A stretch of 64,000 nucleotides of DNA from NCBI GenBank assembly GCA_031266345.1, contig JAISBD010000023.1, positions 6,289 through 70,288 of the forward strand, in the 5' to 3' direction. A program made the translations under genes and the position numbers. Source of the stretch: Puniceicoccales bacterium. GTDB taxonomy: Bacteria > Verrucomicrobiota > Verrucomicrobiia > Opitutales > JAIRKQ01. The notes below the pieces were generated by a model. That model had not been told where the DNA came from and did no database searches. It saw nothing but the letters and a program-made list of their open reading frames with translations. Of this stretch, positions 9,894-23,100 are shown piece by piece. Numbering within the stretch: position 1 is the stretch's first letter; every line of letters starts with the position of its first letter.

Positions 9894-10757
9894 CTAACCC
9901 CTAGTATTTTTTCTCATTTTTTTACCGTTCCGACGTATCAAGATCATGGCATTGGAACTCTTTGCCCTCTTGCGAGTCGGCTTGCCCTTTGCCAACTGCC
10001 CCCACGGCGACACGGGATGCCCACCACCAGACGTGCGCCCTTCACCCCCACCCATCGGGTGATCAACGGGGTTCATTGCTACGCCACGCACACGCGGACG
10101 GTGACCTAGCCAGCGATTACGGCCAGCTTTCCCAAGTGAACGCTTCCCATGTTCCTCGTTGCCGACAACCCCAATTGTTGCCCTGCAATCAGCATGGAAA
10201 TATCTAATTTCACCGCTCGGCATCTTCAAAGTTACTAGGTCATTTTCCATTGCAACCAGCTGCGCACTCATGCCGGCAGCACGGGCAAACTTGGCACCAC
10301 TGCCCGGCTCACTCTCTATGGAATGCACAAGGACGCCCTGTGGAATAAACCTTAGTTGCATCGATGTTCCATCGGAAAAATCATCGGTTTTGACATTTCG
10401 GCTATGCACCGTGTCACCTTCTTTCATGCTTTTTGTTGCGAGGATATAGCGCTTTTCGCCATCTTTGTACGCCAGCAAAGCAATGTTTGCCGACCTCGTT
10501 GGGTCATACTCTATCGTCTTAACGGTGGCGGGAATATCAAATTTATTCCGCCCAAAGTCCACGATTCGCCCCAATTTTTTATGACCGCCGCCACGCCTGC
10601 GCAACGTGATCCTGCCATAGCAATTCCGCCCGCTGCTGCGTATTTTGGAATGCGTCAAGCTGCGCTGGGGACTATTTTTTGAAGAAGACAGCTGCCCGCT
10701 GATTTTTGTCAAAAATCTTTGCCCAGGAGTCAATGGTCGTGATTGTATTATCGCCAT
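9894..10757 (-). CDS. rplB: 50S ribosomal protein L2
   Basis: RRRGGGHKK..., [34 protein letters not shown]. Confidence 0.96.
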   Translation of the reverse strand: MAIIQSRPLTPGQRFLTKISGQLSSSKNSPQRSLTHSKIRSSGRNCYGRITLRRRGGGHKKLGRIVDFGRNKFDIPATVKTIEYDPTRSANIALLAYKDGEKRYILATKSMKEGDTVHSRNVKTDDFSDGTSMQLRFIPQGVLVHSIESEPGSGAKFARAAGMSAQLVAMENDLVTLKMPSGEIRYFHADCRATIGVVGNEEHGKRSLGKAGRNRWLGHRPRVRGVAMNPVDHPMGGGEGRTSGGGHPVSPWGQLAKGKPTRKRAKSSNAMILIRRNGKKMRKNTRG

Positions 10758-10759
10758 GT

Positions 10760-11047
10760 TTATATTACCTCAATTTTATCGCCATCTTTCAGCGATACGA
10801 TCGCTTTCTTAAATGTCTGTGTTCTTCCCGGTCGGGCCTTTTTCACTCGGGCACGCCTGTGCTTGCTGCTAGTATTCAACACGTTAACCGATTCAACTTT
10901 CACTTTGAAAATTTCCTCAACAGCCGATGCTATACTATGCTTCGTGGCGCACTGACACACTTTAAAAGTATATTGATTCAAGTCAGCTGACAGACCATTC
11001 GACTTCTCGGTCAACATTATTTCCTGCAAAATTCCAAAGTGACTCAT
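10760..11047 (-). CDS. rplW: 50S ribosomal protein L23
   Basis: LTEKS...YTFKV...ATKHSIASAVEEIFKVKVESVN. Position is between rplD and rplB. Confidence 0.88.
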   Translation of the reverse strand: MSHFGILQEIMLTEKSNGLSADLNQYTFKVCQCATKHSIASAVEEIFKVKVESVNVLNTSSKHRRARVKKARPGRTQTFKKAIVSLKDGDKIEVI

Positions 11048-11688
11048 TTCATTCCCTCCGCTAATAATCCGGAACGCTTTAATAGAGCATCAATCGCCCC
11101 CTCGGATACTACTACGTTTTTAAAACGGATGATATCGTAGGCGTTAACTGAATTCCCGTCAATCATGTGAACATTACTCATGTTCCTCGATGCCAAAATA
11201 AATTTTTCTGAAAAAATATCGGAAATCAACAGTATGCCCTTGCCGCCAGCAACAGAATTTATCAGCCTCGCCGCTTCCTTAGTTTTTGGTTCGGCGACGT
11301 CAAATTCGGAAATAAGTGAAAATTCTCCCGCCCTCACCCGGTCACATATGGCTCTCGCCAAAGCCATATTTTTAATTTTTTTATTTAATTTTTGAGAAAA
11401 ATCCCGCGGTTTTGGCCCAAAAACAACTCCGCCGCTTACCCAAATTGGGCTTCGTTTCGATCCGTGGCGAGCCATGCCGGTGCCCTTTTGCCTATACGGC
11501 TTCTTCCCCGTTCCGCTAACGTCTCCACGGTCCTTGGTGCAAGCATTTCCCTGCCTTAGATTCGCTGTAAAAGCAACCACATACTGCCGCAAAGCTACGG
11601 CACCTTTGCCCTCCTCCAACATCGTGACTCCGTCCATAATTTTTTCCGGCAGTGCACTCCAATCTTTATTGTAAAATTTCAGCTTCAT
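11044..11688 (-). CDS. rplD: 50S ribosomal protein L4
   Basis: ATG at 11688 (MKLKFYN...) avoids overlap with rplC. SGTGKKPYRQKGTGMARHGSKRSPIWVSGGVVFGP. Confidence 0.92.
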   Translation of the reverse strand: MKLKFYNKDWSALPEKIMDGVTMLEEGKGAVALRQYVVAFTANLRQGNACTKDRGDVSGTGKKPYRQKGTGMARHGSKRSPIWVSGGVVFGPKPRDFSQKLNKKIKNMALARAICDRVRAGEFSLISEFDVAEPKTKEAARLINSVAGGKGILLISDIFSEKFILASRNMSNVHMIDGNSVNAYDIIRFKNVVVSEGAIDALLKRSGLLAEGMK

Positions 11689-11701
11689 CGAATTCTTCAC
11701 C

Positions 11702-12346
11702 TCATAAAGATTTAATGGCCCGCCTGACCAAGACAAATCCATTTTTAGCCCCAGGAACGCTCCCCCTCACCAATAGCAAACCCCTCTCATGGTCAATTTT
11801 TACAACGGATAAATTCTGAATTGTGCGCCTATCACAGCCAAAATGTCCCGGCATCTTGCGGCCCTTAAACACGTGGCCAACCCACTGGCGCTGCCCATAT
11901 GAACCACCTCGTCTATGAAACATGGACCCGTGCGATGCCGGACCGCCGCCAAAATTGTACCTCTTCATGACGCCGGCAAACCCACGTCCCTTTGTGGTCC
12001 CTATCACATCTATCAAATCAGACACGGCAAACTCTCCGAGTAAATCAATGTCGCCAATTGCATATCCCTCGACGGAATCAACCCTCATTTCATGCAACCT
12101 TAAGGGCGAAAAATCAGGATTTTGCTTATTTTGGCCAAGTTCAGCTTTGGTCGAGTGCTTGGCATTTTTTTTGCCAAATCCAAATTGAATGGCATTGTAC
12201 CCGTCTCTTTCCACCGTTTTTACCCTGGATACCATGCTCTTTTCCACTTGGATCACAGTCACGGGAACTAGCTCCGATGAATCACCATAAATCTGAGTCA
12301 TCCCCAACTTTTTTCCAATTAAAAATGTATTTCTCTTTTTTTCCAT
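11702..12346 (-). CDS. rplC: 50S ribosomal protein L3
   Basis: ATG at 12346 (MEKKRNTFLIGKKLGMTQIYG...). TKGRGFAGVMKRYNFGGGPASHGS. Confidence 0.93.
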   Translation of the reverse strand: MEKKRNTFLIGKKLGMTQIYGDSSELVPVTVIQVEKSMVSRVKTVERDGYNAIQFGFGKKNAKHSTKAELGQNKQNPDFSPLRLHEMRVDSVEGYAIGDIDLLGEFAVSDLIDVIGTTKGRGFAGVMKRYNFGGGPASHGSMFHRRGGSYGQRQWVGHVFKGRKMPGHFGCDRRTIQNLSVVKIDHERGLLLVRGSVPGAKNGFVLVRRAIKSL

Positions 12347-12421
12347 ACTAAGTGGTAAACAATCCTGCTTTAAGGGGCTATAAAATGCGACTCGCCTAAA
12401 AAGCAAGCATAAAACAAAAAA

Positions 12422-12763
12422 TTATGCAGCTAACAAATCTATCTTTATTTCAACTCCGGCTGGTAAATTTAATTTTTTTAGAGAATCGACCGTGTCCGCA
12501 GTGGGCTCGAATATGTCTACCAAGCGGCTATGTGTCCGAATTTCAAATTGATCGGAAGACTTCTTATCCTTATGCGGGGAGCGATTTACGCAAAACTTTC
12601 GAATGTGCATGGGCAATGGGACAGGTCCCGTCACCCGCGCACCGGAACGCTTCGCAGTATCAACAATGTCGATGCCCGCCTGATCAACGAGCCTGTAATC
12701 AAAACTCTTTAATCTGATCCTGATTTTTTGCTTAGAATCTGTTTTTGATTTTTTTTGAGCCAT
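12422..12763 (-). CDS. rpsJ: 30S ribosomal protein S10
   Basis: ATG at 12763 (MAQKK...[16 protein letters not shown]...GPVPLP...[21 protein letters not shown]). Confidence 0.94.
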   Translation of the reverse strand: MAQKKSKTDSKQKIRIRLKSFDYRLVDQAGIDIVDTAKRSGARVTGPVPLPMHIRKFCVNRSPHKDKKSSDQFEIRTHSRLVDIFEPTADTVDSLKKLNLPAGVEIKIDLLAA

Positions 12764-12777
12764 TTTTACACACTCCA

Positions 12778-14928
12778 CTAGCGCCTGTTATTGTTAGGCG
12801 AATTTTCTACAATTTTTGCCAATAAACTTGCCGGAACTTGTTCAAAATGAGCCGGCTCCATTGAGTATGTTGCCCTCCCCTTTGATAGGGAACGCACATC
12901 CGTGGCATAGCCAAACATCATTTCAAGCGGCACAAATGCGGTAATCATCGTCAAACCATGCTTGGATTCGACGCCATGTATTTGTCCGCGGCGGCGATTC
13001 AAATCCCCCACAATGTCTCCCTGATATTCATCGGGTGTCGAAACATCAACTTTCATGATCGGTTCAAGGAGTATCGGATTGGCCTTCCTCATGGCCTCCT
13101 TGAATCCGAAAATACCAGCCATCTTGAATGCTAATTCGGAGGAGTCCACTTCGTGGTAGCTACCATCGACAATCCTTGCCGTGAAATCGATAACTGGATA
13201 GCCGGCTATGACACCGCTATTTGCCCCCTCCAAAATACCCTCCTGGGTAGGCTTAATAAATTCCTTCGGAATAACACCGCCCACGATTTCATTTATGACT
13301 TCGATTCCCTTTCCGCGCTCAGCCGGCTCAATTTTTATGACAGCGTGGCCATATTGCCCATGCCCACCTGTCTGCCTAATAAACTTCCCTTCACCGGCCG
13401 CAGCGGAAGAAATTGTTTCCTTATAGGCGATTTGCGGCCGTCCCGCATCCGCTTCAACTTTAAACTCGCGGAATAACCTGTCGCGAATTATGTCGAGATG
13501 CAACTCCCCCATGCCGGCTATGATGGTCTGCCCCGTTTCCTGGTTTGTTGTCACCACAAAGGTAGGATCTTCTTCGGATAAGCGCTGCAATCCCGTCGAA
13601 AGCTTAGTTTGATCGGCTTTGGATTTTGGTTCGATGGACATACTGATGACCGGCTCTGGGAAGGTAGGTGGCTCCAAAATCAGATCAAGGTCCTCATCGC
13701 ACAGGGTATCACCGGTAACAACATTCCTCAGGCCAACTACGGCACAAATATCCCCCGAGTAGGCAACGTTGATATCTTCGCGCGCATCCGCTTTCATCGT
13801 CACTAAACGACCTATGCGCTCGCTTTGGCGGGTTCTGGGATTATAAACCGTAGTGCCTTTTTTCAACTGGCCGGCGTACACGCGGCAAAATATCAGCTTC
13901 CCAACGTATGGGTCCGTCATCAATTTAAAAGCTAGCGCGGCAACTTTTCCCCCATCGCTAATGGGAATGCCAACCTCCTCGCCATCATCGTTAAATGCAC
14001 GCGTCGGCGGCAAATCTAGAGGGCTGGGAAGATAGTCGACCACAGCGTCCAACAGCATCTGCACGCCCTTGTTCTTAAATGAACTTCCCGGAATCACCCC
14101 AATGAATCTCATCGAAAGCGTAGCCTTCCTAATGCCGATTTGCAGTTCTTCGGCTGAAATTTCTTCACCTTCCAAATACTTATTGGCCACATTTTCATCG
14201 AAATCCGCAACTGCCTCAATTAGTTTCTCCCGATATTTTTCCGCGGACTCAACCATGTCGGCGGGAATGTCTACGACATCGTACTGCACCCCATTGATGC
14301 TGTCTTGGCAGTATATGTAAGCCCTCATCTTGACAAGGTCAACCAGGCCCCGGAAAGTTTCACCGGAACCGGCGTTCAGAAAAAGTGGATGGGCATTGCC
14401 CCGCAATTTTTCCTTGATGTCGTCAATGGCACCAAAAAAGTCCGCCCCCGTCCGATCCATCTTGTTTATAAAAGCAATGCGCGGCACATTGTACTTATCC
14501 ATCTGCCGCCACACCGTTTCCGATTGCGGCTGCACACCGGCAACCCCACAAAATACCGCCACCGCCCCATCTAAAACACGCAGCGAACGCTCAACTTCTG
14601 CCGTAAAATCCACATGGCCGGGGGTGTCTATGATATTTATCCTTTGTCCTATGCCGGCGAAGGGACCTTCCTTTGTTGTCCACGAGCATGAAATCGCGGC
14701 GGATGTGATTGTTATGCCCCGTTCGCGTTCCTGCTCCATCCAATCGGTGACGGCAGTTCCGTCGTGCACCTCTCCCATTTTATGCACCACCCCGGTGTAG
14801 AACAGTATGCGCTCGGTGGTCGTTGTCTTGCCGGCGTCAATATGGGCAGCGATCCCTATATTCCTTGTAAATTCCAGTGGCGTGCTCCGCGATTTTGCAT
14901 TCACTGGCGATATTTCATGTTTTGACAT
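12778..14928 (-). CDS. fusA: elongation factor G
   Basis: ATG at 14928 (MSKHE...). [51 protein letters not shown]. The track's longer ORF overlaps rpsG. Confidence 0.96.
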   Translation of the reverse strand: MSKHEISPVNAKSRSTPLEFTRNIGIAAHIDAGKTTTTERILFYTGVVHKMGEVHDGTAVTDWMEQERERGITITSAAISCSWTTKEGPFAGIGQRINIIDTPGHVDFTAEVERSLRVLDGAVAVFCGVAGVQPQSETVWRQMDKYNVPRIAFINKMDRTGADFFGAIDDIKEKLRGNAHPLFLNAGSGETFRGLVDLVKMRAYIYCQDSINGVQYDVVDIPADMVESAEKYREKLIEAVADFDENVANKYLEGEEISAEELQIGIRKATLSMRFIGVIPGSSFKNKGVQMLLDAVVDYLPSPLDLPPTRAFNDDGEEVGIPISDGGKVAALAFKLMTDPYVGKLIFCRVYAGQLKKGTTVYNPRTRQSERIGRLVTMKADAREDINVAYSGDICAVVGLRNVVTGDTLCDEDLDLILEPPTFPEPVISMSIEPKSKADQTKLSTGLQRLSEEDPTFVVTTNQETGQTIIAGMGELHLDIIRDRLFREFKVEADAGRPQIAYKETISSAAAGEGKFIRQTGGHGQYGHAVIKIEPAERGKGIEVINEIVGGVIPKEFIKPTQEGILEGANSGVIAGYPVIDFTARIVDGSYHEVDSSELAFKMAGIFGFKEAMRKANPILLEPIMKVDVSTPDEYQGDIVGDLNRRRGQIHGVESKHGLTMITAFVPLEMMFGYATDVRSLSKGRATYSMEPAHFEQVPASLLAKIVENSPNNNRR

Positions 14929-14953
14929 CACATTCCCTTTTAAAATTTTTACG

Positions 14954-15427
14954 TCACCAGCGCAGATGGGCAAAAGCGCGGTTTGCCTGTGCCATGCGGT
15001 GTACCTCTTCCTTCTTTTTAACGACGGAACCAGTATTATTATACGCATCCATAATCTCCTGCGCCAAAGCTTCCCTCATCGGCATTCCCTTCCGCGAAGA
15101 AGCCAGGTGAATCATCCAGCGAAAAACCAAAGTATGCTGCCTTTCATAGGGAACTTCAACGGGTACTTGATAGGTTGCCCCCCCCACGCGCTTACTCTTC
15201 ACTTCCACTTTCGGCCGGGCATTTTCCAGGGCCCCCAACAGCAAATCGACGGGGTCCCCCTTGCCCAATTTTTCACTCACCCGCTCTATGGCACCGTAAA
15301 CAATCGACTGTGCCAGAGATTTTTTCCCACGCTCCATGACCATATTTATCAATTGCCCGATGAGCGTGCTACCATAGCGCGGATCCTTGACCCCGGGACG
15401 TTTTTCTGCTCTTCTACGACGAGACAT
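14954..15427 (-). CDS. rpsG: 30S ribosomal protein S7
   Basis: [10 protein letters not shown]...[19 protein letters not shown]...AFAHLRW. Confidence 0.95.
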   Translation of the reverse strand: MSRRRRAEKRPGVKDPRYGSTLIGQLINMVMERGKKSLAQSIVYGAIERVSEKLGKGDPVDLLLGALENARPKVEVKSKRVGGATYQVPVEVPYERQHTLVFRWMIHLASSRKGMPMREALAQEIMDAYNNTGSVVKKKEEVHRMAQANRAFAHLRW

Positions 15428-15462
15428 TTTTTTTCCTAAAAGACATTTTTTTCCTAAAAATT

Positions 15463-15840
15463 TTACTTTTGCTTCGGCCGCTTAACACCGTATTTCGACC
15501 GACTTCTGCGCCGCTTCTCCACGCCGGAACAATCCAATGCGCCGCGAACAACATGGTAGCGCACGCCGGGCAAGTCCTTCACGCGACCGCCACGGACAAG
15601 AATGACGCTGTGCTCCTGCAGCTTGTGGCCCTCATCCGGAATATAGGCTATAACCTCTGACCCGTTTGTCAGACGCACCTTAGTAACCTTGCGGATGGCT
15701 GAGTTTGGCTTTTTCGGCGTGCGAGTCATAACCTGAATGCAGGTCCCCCGCCGAAAGGGGTTCCTATCCAACGCCGGTGCCTTCGACTTGAATAACTTGC
15801 TGACCCGCGGCCGCTTTATTAACTGGTTAATTGTTGGCAT
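15463..15840 (-). CDS. rpsL: 30S ribosomal protein S12
   Basis: ATG at 15840: [12 protein letters not shown]...[51 protein letters not shown]. Confidence 0.96.
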   Translation of the reverse strand: MPTINQLIKRPRVSKLFKSKAPALDRNPFRRGTCIQVMTRTPKKPNSAIRKVTKVRLTNGSEVIAYIPDEGHKLQEHSVILVRGGRVKDLPGVRYHVVRGALDCSGVEKRRRSRSKYGVKRPKQK

Positions 15841-15942
15841 GAACCTCCATATAAGTTTTAAAGTTTTTAAAGTTGAATCAAAACCATGAAACAATGCAAG
15901 AAATTTTTTCGAAAAGATGCACTTTGTGCCGCACATTTTTGC

Positions 15943-18900
15943 TCATAGCCGCGTAAGTTCCTCCGCTTGAGACTCGTTTTGCCTAGATGCCGATTCAGCC
16001 ATGGCCGCACTAACCAGCGTATTAATCTTTATGTACCTGTACATCGGCAGACCTGTCCCGGCTGGAATTAGGTGGCCCATGATGACATTTTCTTTGAACC
16101 CCTTGAGCTTGTCGACCTTGGATGTGGTCGCAGCATCGGTCAAAACGCGGGTTGTTTCCTGGAAGGACGCCGCCGCAATGAAGCTTTCCGTCTCAATGGA
16201 TGACTTCGTGATGCCGAGCAGAACGGGCTCAGCGGTGGCGGGCTCTCCACCGGAATCGATGATTTCCCTGTTAGCCGTTAGGAAAGCGTCTTTGTCGATT
16301 TGCTCGCCCCAGAAAAAGTCGGAATCGCCCGGATCGACGATGCGCACCTTGCTCAACATGCAAGCCACAATGATTTCTATGTGCTTATCATTGATAGTCA
16401 CACCCTGCATGCGATATACCTTTTGAATCTCAGAAATTAGGTATTCCTGCAGGCTGGCGATGCCGAGGATATCGAGAATTTCGTGGGGATCCTGGGAGCC
16501 ATCGGTCAAATTTTGCCCCTTATTGACAAAATCGCCCTCGTGCACAATGATGCTCCTGCCGTGGGGAATGAGATGTTCCTGGCGCTGGCCGGATTCGCTA
16601 TCGGTAACCCAGAGGCGCCTCTTATTGCGCACCGTTCCGCCAAAGGACACAATGCCGTCCAATTTAGCCATCTCGGAAGCATCTTTCGGCCGGCGAGCTT
16701 CAAAGAGCTCGGCGATGCGCGGCAGTCCGCCGGTGATATCCTGCGTTTTCGACGCGGAACGGGAAGTTTTAGCGAGCAATGCGCCGGCTTGCACCTCGTT
16801 GCCATTATCGACGATAACTTGAGCGCCCGTGGGGATACTATAGGTGGCGACGATTTTATCGGGCGGGATGCCCTGGTCATTGGCGCCAACAACCACATCG
16901 ATGGCAGGGTTCAAATCTTCCTTGTGCTCGATAACAACGGTGGTAACTCGGCCGGCGGAGGCATCCATATCGCGCTTGATTGTGACGCCAGGAATCATAT
17001 CCCGAAAACTTATAACGCCGGCTTTTTCCGATAAAATTGGCATATTATGGGGGTCCCACATGGCCAGAATTGTGCCCTTTGCCACCTTCTCCCCATCGGA
17101 AATTGACAGCAGTGCACCCGGCACCATGGTGTAACTTTCAATTTCCCGGCCCTTGTCGTCCAAAAGCTGCATTGTGCCGGTTTTATTGAGGACAATGTTC
17201 GCCCCATCCGCCGTTTGGACGAGTCGTAGCCCATTAAATTTCACCGTGCAATCACGTTTGGCACGATATTCCGAACTTTTCAAGACCTGACTCGCCACAC
17301 CGCCGACGTGGAAAGTGCGCAGGGTGAGCTGGGTACCGGGCTCACCGATGGACTGCGCCGCGATTATCCCCACCGCCGTGCCGCGCTTAACCATACTATT
17401 TGTAGCGGGATCGATGCCATAGGCCTTTGCCGGTATGGTGTTTTTAAACACTTGCGTCAGGGGAGACATTATCTTAACCCGTTCAATGCCACATTCTTCT
17501 ATGCGATGAGCAATGTCGACGGTTATGAGATCGCCCGCCGCAACTATGATCTCATCGGGATCAAGCGGATTCCTAACATCTTCACTGGAACACCTTCCGG
17601 AGATGCGGTCACTCAGTCTCACGATTTCATCGTCACCCTCGATGATGGCCTGTTTCCAGACGCCGGAGCGATCCCCCACGTCCTCGTCTCCTATGACGCA
17701 ATCCATGGCGACATCGCACAATTTTCTCGTCATGTAACCGGCATCGGCCGTCTTCAAAGCCGTATCCGCTAGACCCTTCCTGGCACCGTGGGTGGATATG
17801 AAATACTCCAATACTGACAGCCCTTCCCGGAATGAGGATGCGATCGGCCATTCTATAATTTCCCCCGAGGGTTTCGCCATCAATCCACGCATGCCGCAAA
17901 GTTGGCGCACCTGCTGCCGATTTCCCCGCGCACCGGAATCCATCATCAGAAACACTGGATTAATTTCGGAGCGGCCATTGTTGCCCGCGAGGGAATCAAA
18001 AACTAACCCGGCAATTTCGTCCGTCGCCGACGTCCACACGTCCACAATTTTGTTATAGCGTTCGCCGGAAGTTATAATTCCGCGCTTGTACTGCGCCTCG
18101 ACGTCGTCGACCTTTTTACGCGTAGACGCGATTATTTCAGCCTTATCCACTGGAATTATCATGTCATCAACGCCGATGGACAGCCCCGCCCGCGTCGCCT
18201 CATTAAACCCAAGCGACTTGAGCTTGTCCAAAATTTCAACGGCGCTTTCCTTACCCGCCACTTTATAGGTGTTTAAAATCAAATCATCCAACCTTCCCTT
18301 GGCAACCGGCTGATTGACAAACCCCAGCGAACGGGCAAATATGCTGTTGAATACCACTCGACCGAGGGTGGTTTCGATTATTCTGAGCTCGCCATTTCCA
18401 TATCTCGTCTTCTTTTTAAAGTCGGGATTTACGAAGCGTATGCGGTCATGCTTCCTCAAAATACCTTCGGCGTCCAGCATTAGGGCTTCCTCCACCGTGC
18501 TGACAAGTGGTAAGCACTCCTCTCCCTCCTTCTTGCCGGGCTCCAGGGTTAGGTAGTAGGCGCCGAATACAATATCTTGGGATGGTGTCAAAATTGGCTT
18601 TCCGCTGGACGGAGAGAAAACATTGTGGGAAGCGAGCATGAGCAGCTTTGCCTCCATGATCGCCTCCAGAGACAGCGGAACGTGCACCGCCATCTGGTCA
18701 CCGTCGAAGTCAGCGTTGAATGCGGAGCAGACAAGTGGGTGCAAACGGATGGCATCTCCTTCAATGAGAACCGGTTCAAAAGCCTGGATGGATAATCTGT
18801 GCAGCGTTGGAGCGCGGTTCAACAGGACCGGATGACCACGGGTGACCTCATCCAAAATATCCCAAACTTCAGGCGCCTGTTTCTCTATCATCTTGCGTGC

Positions 18901-20094
18901 GCTGCGAACGGTGTGAATAAATCCGAGCTCCTTCAAGCGGCGGATGATAAAGGGCTCGAATAGCACAAGGGCCATTTTTTTCGGCAGCCCACACTGGTGC
19001 AATTTAAGCTCGGGCCCGATGACAATAACCGAACGCCCACTGTAATCAACCCTCTTCCCCAAAAGATTCTGACGGAAACGCCCCTGCTTCCCCTTGAGCA
19101 TCTCGCTCAAAGACTTCAGCGGCCGATTCCCAGCCCCCACCACGGAATGGCCGTGGCGATCGTTGTCAAATAGCGCATCAACGGCCTCTTGTAGCATGCG
19201 CATCTCATTGTGAATAATTACATTGGGTGTCCTCAAACTTAGCAAGCTTTTTAGGCGATTATTTCTGTTGATCACCCGCCGATATAGGTCATTCAAGTCG
19301 CTCGTAGCAAAGCGGCCGCCATCGAGGGGGACAAGGGGGCGCAAGTCCGGCGGAATTATCGGCAAAGTCTCCAAAACCATCCATTCCGGCCGCATGTTCC
19401 CTTCTAAAAATCCGTTGACAAGCTTCAATCGGCGCGTAATTTTTTTCTTATTCTGGCGGGAATGGGTGCTCCGCAGTTGTTCCTGGAGCTCATCGGAAAG
19501 CTCGGTCAAATCGATGTCCGCCAGCACATCGCGAATTGCCACCGCTCCGATTTTTGCCGTAAAAGCTTCCTCGCCGTATTCTTCCTGCAATTGAATATAT
19601 TCCTGGTCGCTGATCAGCTGACATTTCACCAGGGGCGTTGAACCCGGATCGATGACCATGTAACTTTCATAGTAAATAATTTTCTCCAAATCCTTGGCTG
19701 TCATGTCCAGCACTAAGCCAAGCCTGCTCGGTAAACTTTTTAGAAACCAAACGTGGGCAATGGGCACGGCAAGCTCGATGTGGCCCATGCTCTCCCGGCG
19801 TATGCGCGAAACGGTGACTTCCACTCCGCATCGCTCGCAAACGACGCCTTTGTATTTTATCCTCTTATACTTCCCGCAGGCGCATTCGTAGTCGCGCACC
19901 GGCCCGAAGATTTTTTGGCAAAATAGCCCACCCGGCTCGGGCTTGAAAGTCCGATAGTTGATCGTTTCTGGGTTTTTAACCTCTCCCCGCGACCAGGAAC
20001 GTATAACGTCCGGAGACGCCACGGAAATACTAACCTGGTTGTAGCTGTGAATCGGATCAAAGCCCAAAAGTTCTTTTACGTTCTGATTACTCAT
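15943..20094 (-). CDS. rpoC: DNA-directed RNA polymerase subunit beta'
   Basis: 1383 aa. CACGKY...CERCGVEV zinc motif, [14 protein letters not shown] catalytic motif. Confidence 0.97.
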   Translation of the reverse strand: MSNQNVKELLGFDPIHSYNQVSISVASPDVIRSWSRGEVKNPETINYRTFKPEPGGLFCQKIFGPVRDYECACGKYKRIKYKGVVCERCGVEVTVSRIRRESMGHIELAVPIAHVWFLKSLPSRLGLVLDMTAKDLEKIIYYESYMVIDPGSTPLVKCQLISDQEYIQLQEEYGEEAFTAKIGAVAIRDVLADIDLTELSDELQEQLRSTHSRQNKKKITRRLKLVNGFLEGNMRPEWMVLETLPIIPPDLRPLVPLDGGRFATSDLNDLYRRVINRNNRLKSLLSLRTPNVIIHNEMRMLQEAVDALFDNDRHGHSVVGAGNRPLKSLSEMLKGKQGRFRQNLLGKRVDYSGRSVIVIGPELKLHQCGLPKKMALVLFEPFIIRRLKELGFIHTVRSARKMIEKQAPEVWDILDEVTRGHPVLLNRAPTLHRLSIQAFEPVLIEGDAIRLHPLVCSAFNADFDGDQMAVHVPLSLEAIMEAKLLMLASHNVFSPSSGKPILTPSQDIVFGAYYLTLEPGKKEGEECLPLVSTVEEALMLDAEGILRKHDRIRFVNPDFKKKTRYGNGELRIIETTLGRVVFNSIFARSLGFVNQPVAKGRLDDLILNTYKVAGKESAVEILDKLKSLGFNEATRAGLSIGVDDMIIPVDKAEIIASTRKKVDDVEAQYKRGIITSGERYNKIVDVWTSATDEIAGLVFDSLAGNNGRSEINPVFLMMDSGARGNRQQVRQLCGMRGLMAKPSGEIIEWPIASSFREGLSVLEYFISTHGARKGLADTALKTADAGYMTRKLCDVAMDCVIGDEDVGDRSGVWKQAIIEGDDEIVRLSDRISGRCSSEDVRNPLDPDEIIVAAGDLITVDIAHRIEECGIERVKIMSPLTQVFKNTIPAKAYGIDPATNSMVKRGTAVGIIAAQSIGEPGTQLTLRTFHVGGVASQVLKSSEYRAKRDCTVKFNGLRLVQTADGANIVLNKTGTMQLLDDKGREIESYTMVPGALLSISDGEKVAKGTILAMWDPHNMPILSEKAGVISFRDMIPGVTIKRDMDASAGRVTTVVIEHKEDLNPAIDVVVGANDQGIPPDKIVATYSIPTGAQVIVDNGNEVQAGALLAKTSRSASKTQDITGGLPRIAELFEARRPKDASEMAKLDGIVSFGGTVRNKRRLWVTDSESGQRQEHLIPHGRSIIVHEGDFVNKGQNLTDGSQDPHEILDILGIASLQEYLISEIQKVYRMQGVTINDKHIEIIVACMLSKVRIVDPGDSDFFWGEQIDKDAFLTANREIIDSGGEPATAEPVLLGITKSSIETESFIAAASFQETTRVLTDAATTSKVDKLKGFKENVIMGHLIPAGTGLPMYRYIKINTLVSAAMAESASRQNESQAEELTRL

Positions 20095-20106
20095 CTGATG
20101 TAGTGC

Positions 20107-23100
20107 TTAAATATTGTCCATCTCCAATGTTGGATCGTTTTCCAGCCTGATGTCGAGGCATAGTCCCTGCAACTCTTTCATTAAAACATTAAATGACTGC
20201 GGAATGCCGGCGTCGAGCGAAGTGTCGCCCTTGACTATGGATTCATAGATTTTCGTTCGCCCCTGGGAATCGTCGGACTTCACCGTCAGTAACTCCTGCA
20301 AGGTGTAAGCTGCCCCATAAGCCTCCATGGCCCAAACCTCCATCTCTCCGAATCGCTGGCCACCGTACTGTGCGCGGCCACCGAGCGGCTGCTGTGTGAT
20401 CAAACTATAGGGCCCAACCGCACGGGCATGCACCTTATCGGCGACGAGGTGATTAAGCTTCATCATATATATATACCCAACGGTGACACGCTGGTCAAAT
20501 CTTTTGCCCGTACAGCCGTCAAACAGCTCCGTTTTTCCATCGAGGGGGAGGTCTGCCTTCTCCATCAACTCCTGAATCTTTTTTTCGGAAGTGCCGTCAA
20601 ACACGTGGGTAGCGACCTTAATGCCGAGTTTTCTACACGCCGCACCAAGGTATGTTTCCAAAATTTGCCCCACATTCATGCGGCTCGGCACGCCCAGTGG
20701 GTTCAAAATGATATCAACGGGGCGCCCATTTGGCAAAAATGGCATGTCTTCCCGCTTAACTATGCGGGATACAACGCCCTTGTTGCCGTGCCTCCCCGCC
20801 ATTTTGTCGCCCACCTGAATTTTGCGCTTATTTGCGATGAATACTTTGACATTCTTTATGATGCCGGATTCGTCCAAGTCGCCCGACTCGATGGCCGCAA
20901 TTTTGTGCAGCCGCTCCTCTTCCAAGTCATCGAACTTCGATTGAAATTGGTCAATGATTTCAAAAATTTTGGTTTTAACGGGCGAAGATGGCATGTCGAT
21001 GCTACGCCCACTTGCAGCCAATCGGCGTAGCAATGTTTTTGTAATTTTGCGATTTGCCGCCAGGATTGTCTCATTGGTTTCCGTATCGACGATATCAAGC
21101 GGAATTTTTTCCCCCAGCAATATGCCGGAAAATGCTTCGGTTAAGTCATCGCGTATGTGGTCGGCCTGGATGCGAAATTCTTCATTCACCTTTTTTATGC
21201 GGCGGCGACACTCGGATTCCGTAATATCTTCCTTCTCATGGTCCGTTCTGCTGGATATTTTTATTTCCATGACAGTTCCGTAGCAGCCGGCGGGAGCAAC
21301 CAGCGATGTGTCCTTCACATCGGCTGCCTTTTCACCGAAGATCGCCCGCAATAATTTTTCTTCCGGGGCAAGATCGGTTTCAGTTTTCGGGGTGACTTTT
21401 CCAACGAGAATGTCCCCGGGCTTGACCTCTGCACCGACTTTAATTATCCCATCGCGGTTTAAATTTTTCAAGACCTCGTCGCCAACATTGGGAATGTCGC
21501 GCGTAATCTCCTCTATGCCCAATTTCGTATCCCGCGCCGTGACCTCATATTCGTCGATGTGAATTGAAGTGAAAATATCGTCGGTGATCATCCTTTCGCT
21601 CAGAATTACGGCATCTTCAAAATTATATCCGTTCCAGGGCATGAAAGCTACGAGAACATTCTTGCCAAGCGCGAGCTCGCCGCGGTCCGTCGAAGCACCG
21701 TCGGCGAGGACATCCCCCGCTTGCACCGCTTGCCCCTTTGATACAATGGGATGCTGATTGAAGCAGGTGGCTGCGTTGGAGCGCATGTATTTGACCAACT
21801 TATAGACCTGAATGCCGGGATCTCTGTTCTTCGACTCATTAAAATTGGCGGCCAGGGTGCCATCCGCGGAGACTATTATCCTGTTGCTATCCACGGAAGC
21901 AACGATGCCATCTTGTTGTGCAATAACGACATGCCCCGAGTCATGCGCAATTTTTTCTTCAATGCCAGTGCCCACCAATGGGGTTTCGGCTAGCAGCAGG
22001 GGAACACCTTGGCGCTGCATGTTTGCCCCCATCAATGCCCGGCTAGTGTCATCGTGCTCGAGGAAGGGAATCAATCCCGCCGCGATGGATATGACCTGCT
22101 TTGGTGACACGTCCATGTAATTTACCTCGGCGGGCGCCACATCCAACAATTGGTCGGATTTGCGAACGGCCACCTTCCCTAGCAAATTTCCCTCGCCGTC
22201 CATTTCGGAATTGGCCTGTGCTATGATTTTTCCCTCCTCATCGTCGGCGTTTAGAAATACAACCTCGTCGGTCACACGCCCGTCTCTTACAACGCGATAG
22301 GGAGTTTCGATGAAACCAAAATTATTTATGCGCGCATAGGTGCTTAGGGAATTGATAAGTCCGATGTTTGGCCCCTCCGGGGTCTCGATGGGACAAATCC
22401 TTCCATAGTGGGAGGGATGCACGTCACGCACTTCTAGGCCCGTGTGCTCCCGATTCAACCCATTGGGCCCCAATGCGGATAGGCGTCGCTTATGGGTGAT
22501 TTCCGACAGGGGATTGATTTGGTCCATGAATTGGGACAGCTGGCTGCAGGCGAAGAAATCGCGAATCACCGACATCAGCAGCTTCGGATTTATCAATTTT
22601 TGGGGGGTTAGCATGTCAACGCTCTGGTCGAACAGCGACATGCGCTCGCGAATGACGCGCTCCATGCGAGCAATTCCCACGCGACACTGATTGACGAGTA
22701 ACTCGCCAACGCCGCGCACACGCCTGCTTCCAAGATTATCAATGTCGTCTATGAAACCCGTTCCATTGCGCAATGAACACAAGTACTTCGTCGCTGCAAC
22801 GATATCATCGGCCCCGATCACGCGGTCATCTAAGTCCTTATCCAAACCAAGTTTTCTGTTCAATTTGTAGCGCCCAACTTGACTTAAATCATATCTCTTG
22901 TTGTCGGTGAACATCCTGGCCCAGAACGACTTAGCGTTTTGCAAGTTCACCGGTTCGCCGGAGCGCAACAGCTTATAGATCTCAAAGAGGGCCTCCTCCT
23001 CGTTGTGGGAATTATCCTTGCGCAAACTCCTGACTATCAATCCACCATCAAAGGACGTATCAGCATAGGAAACCCTATTTATGCCCGCCTCTTGAAAGCT

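Noticed and set aside
14807-15439. 210-aa + strand ORF antisense to rpsG and the fusA 5' end
   Set aside because: It lies entirely within unmistakable ribosomal and EF-G coding sequence on the other strand. It has no recognisable family and is a typical antisense open frame.
16001-19891. Numerous 60-180-aa ORFs on both strands inside rpoC, and similarly inside rpoB, secY, fusA and tuf
   Set aside because: They are shadow ORFs nested in long conserved genes and have no independent support.
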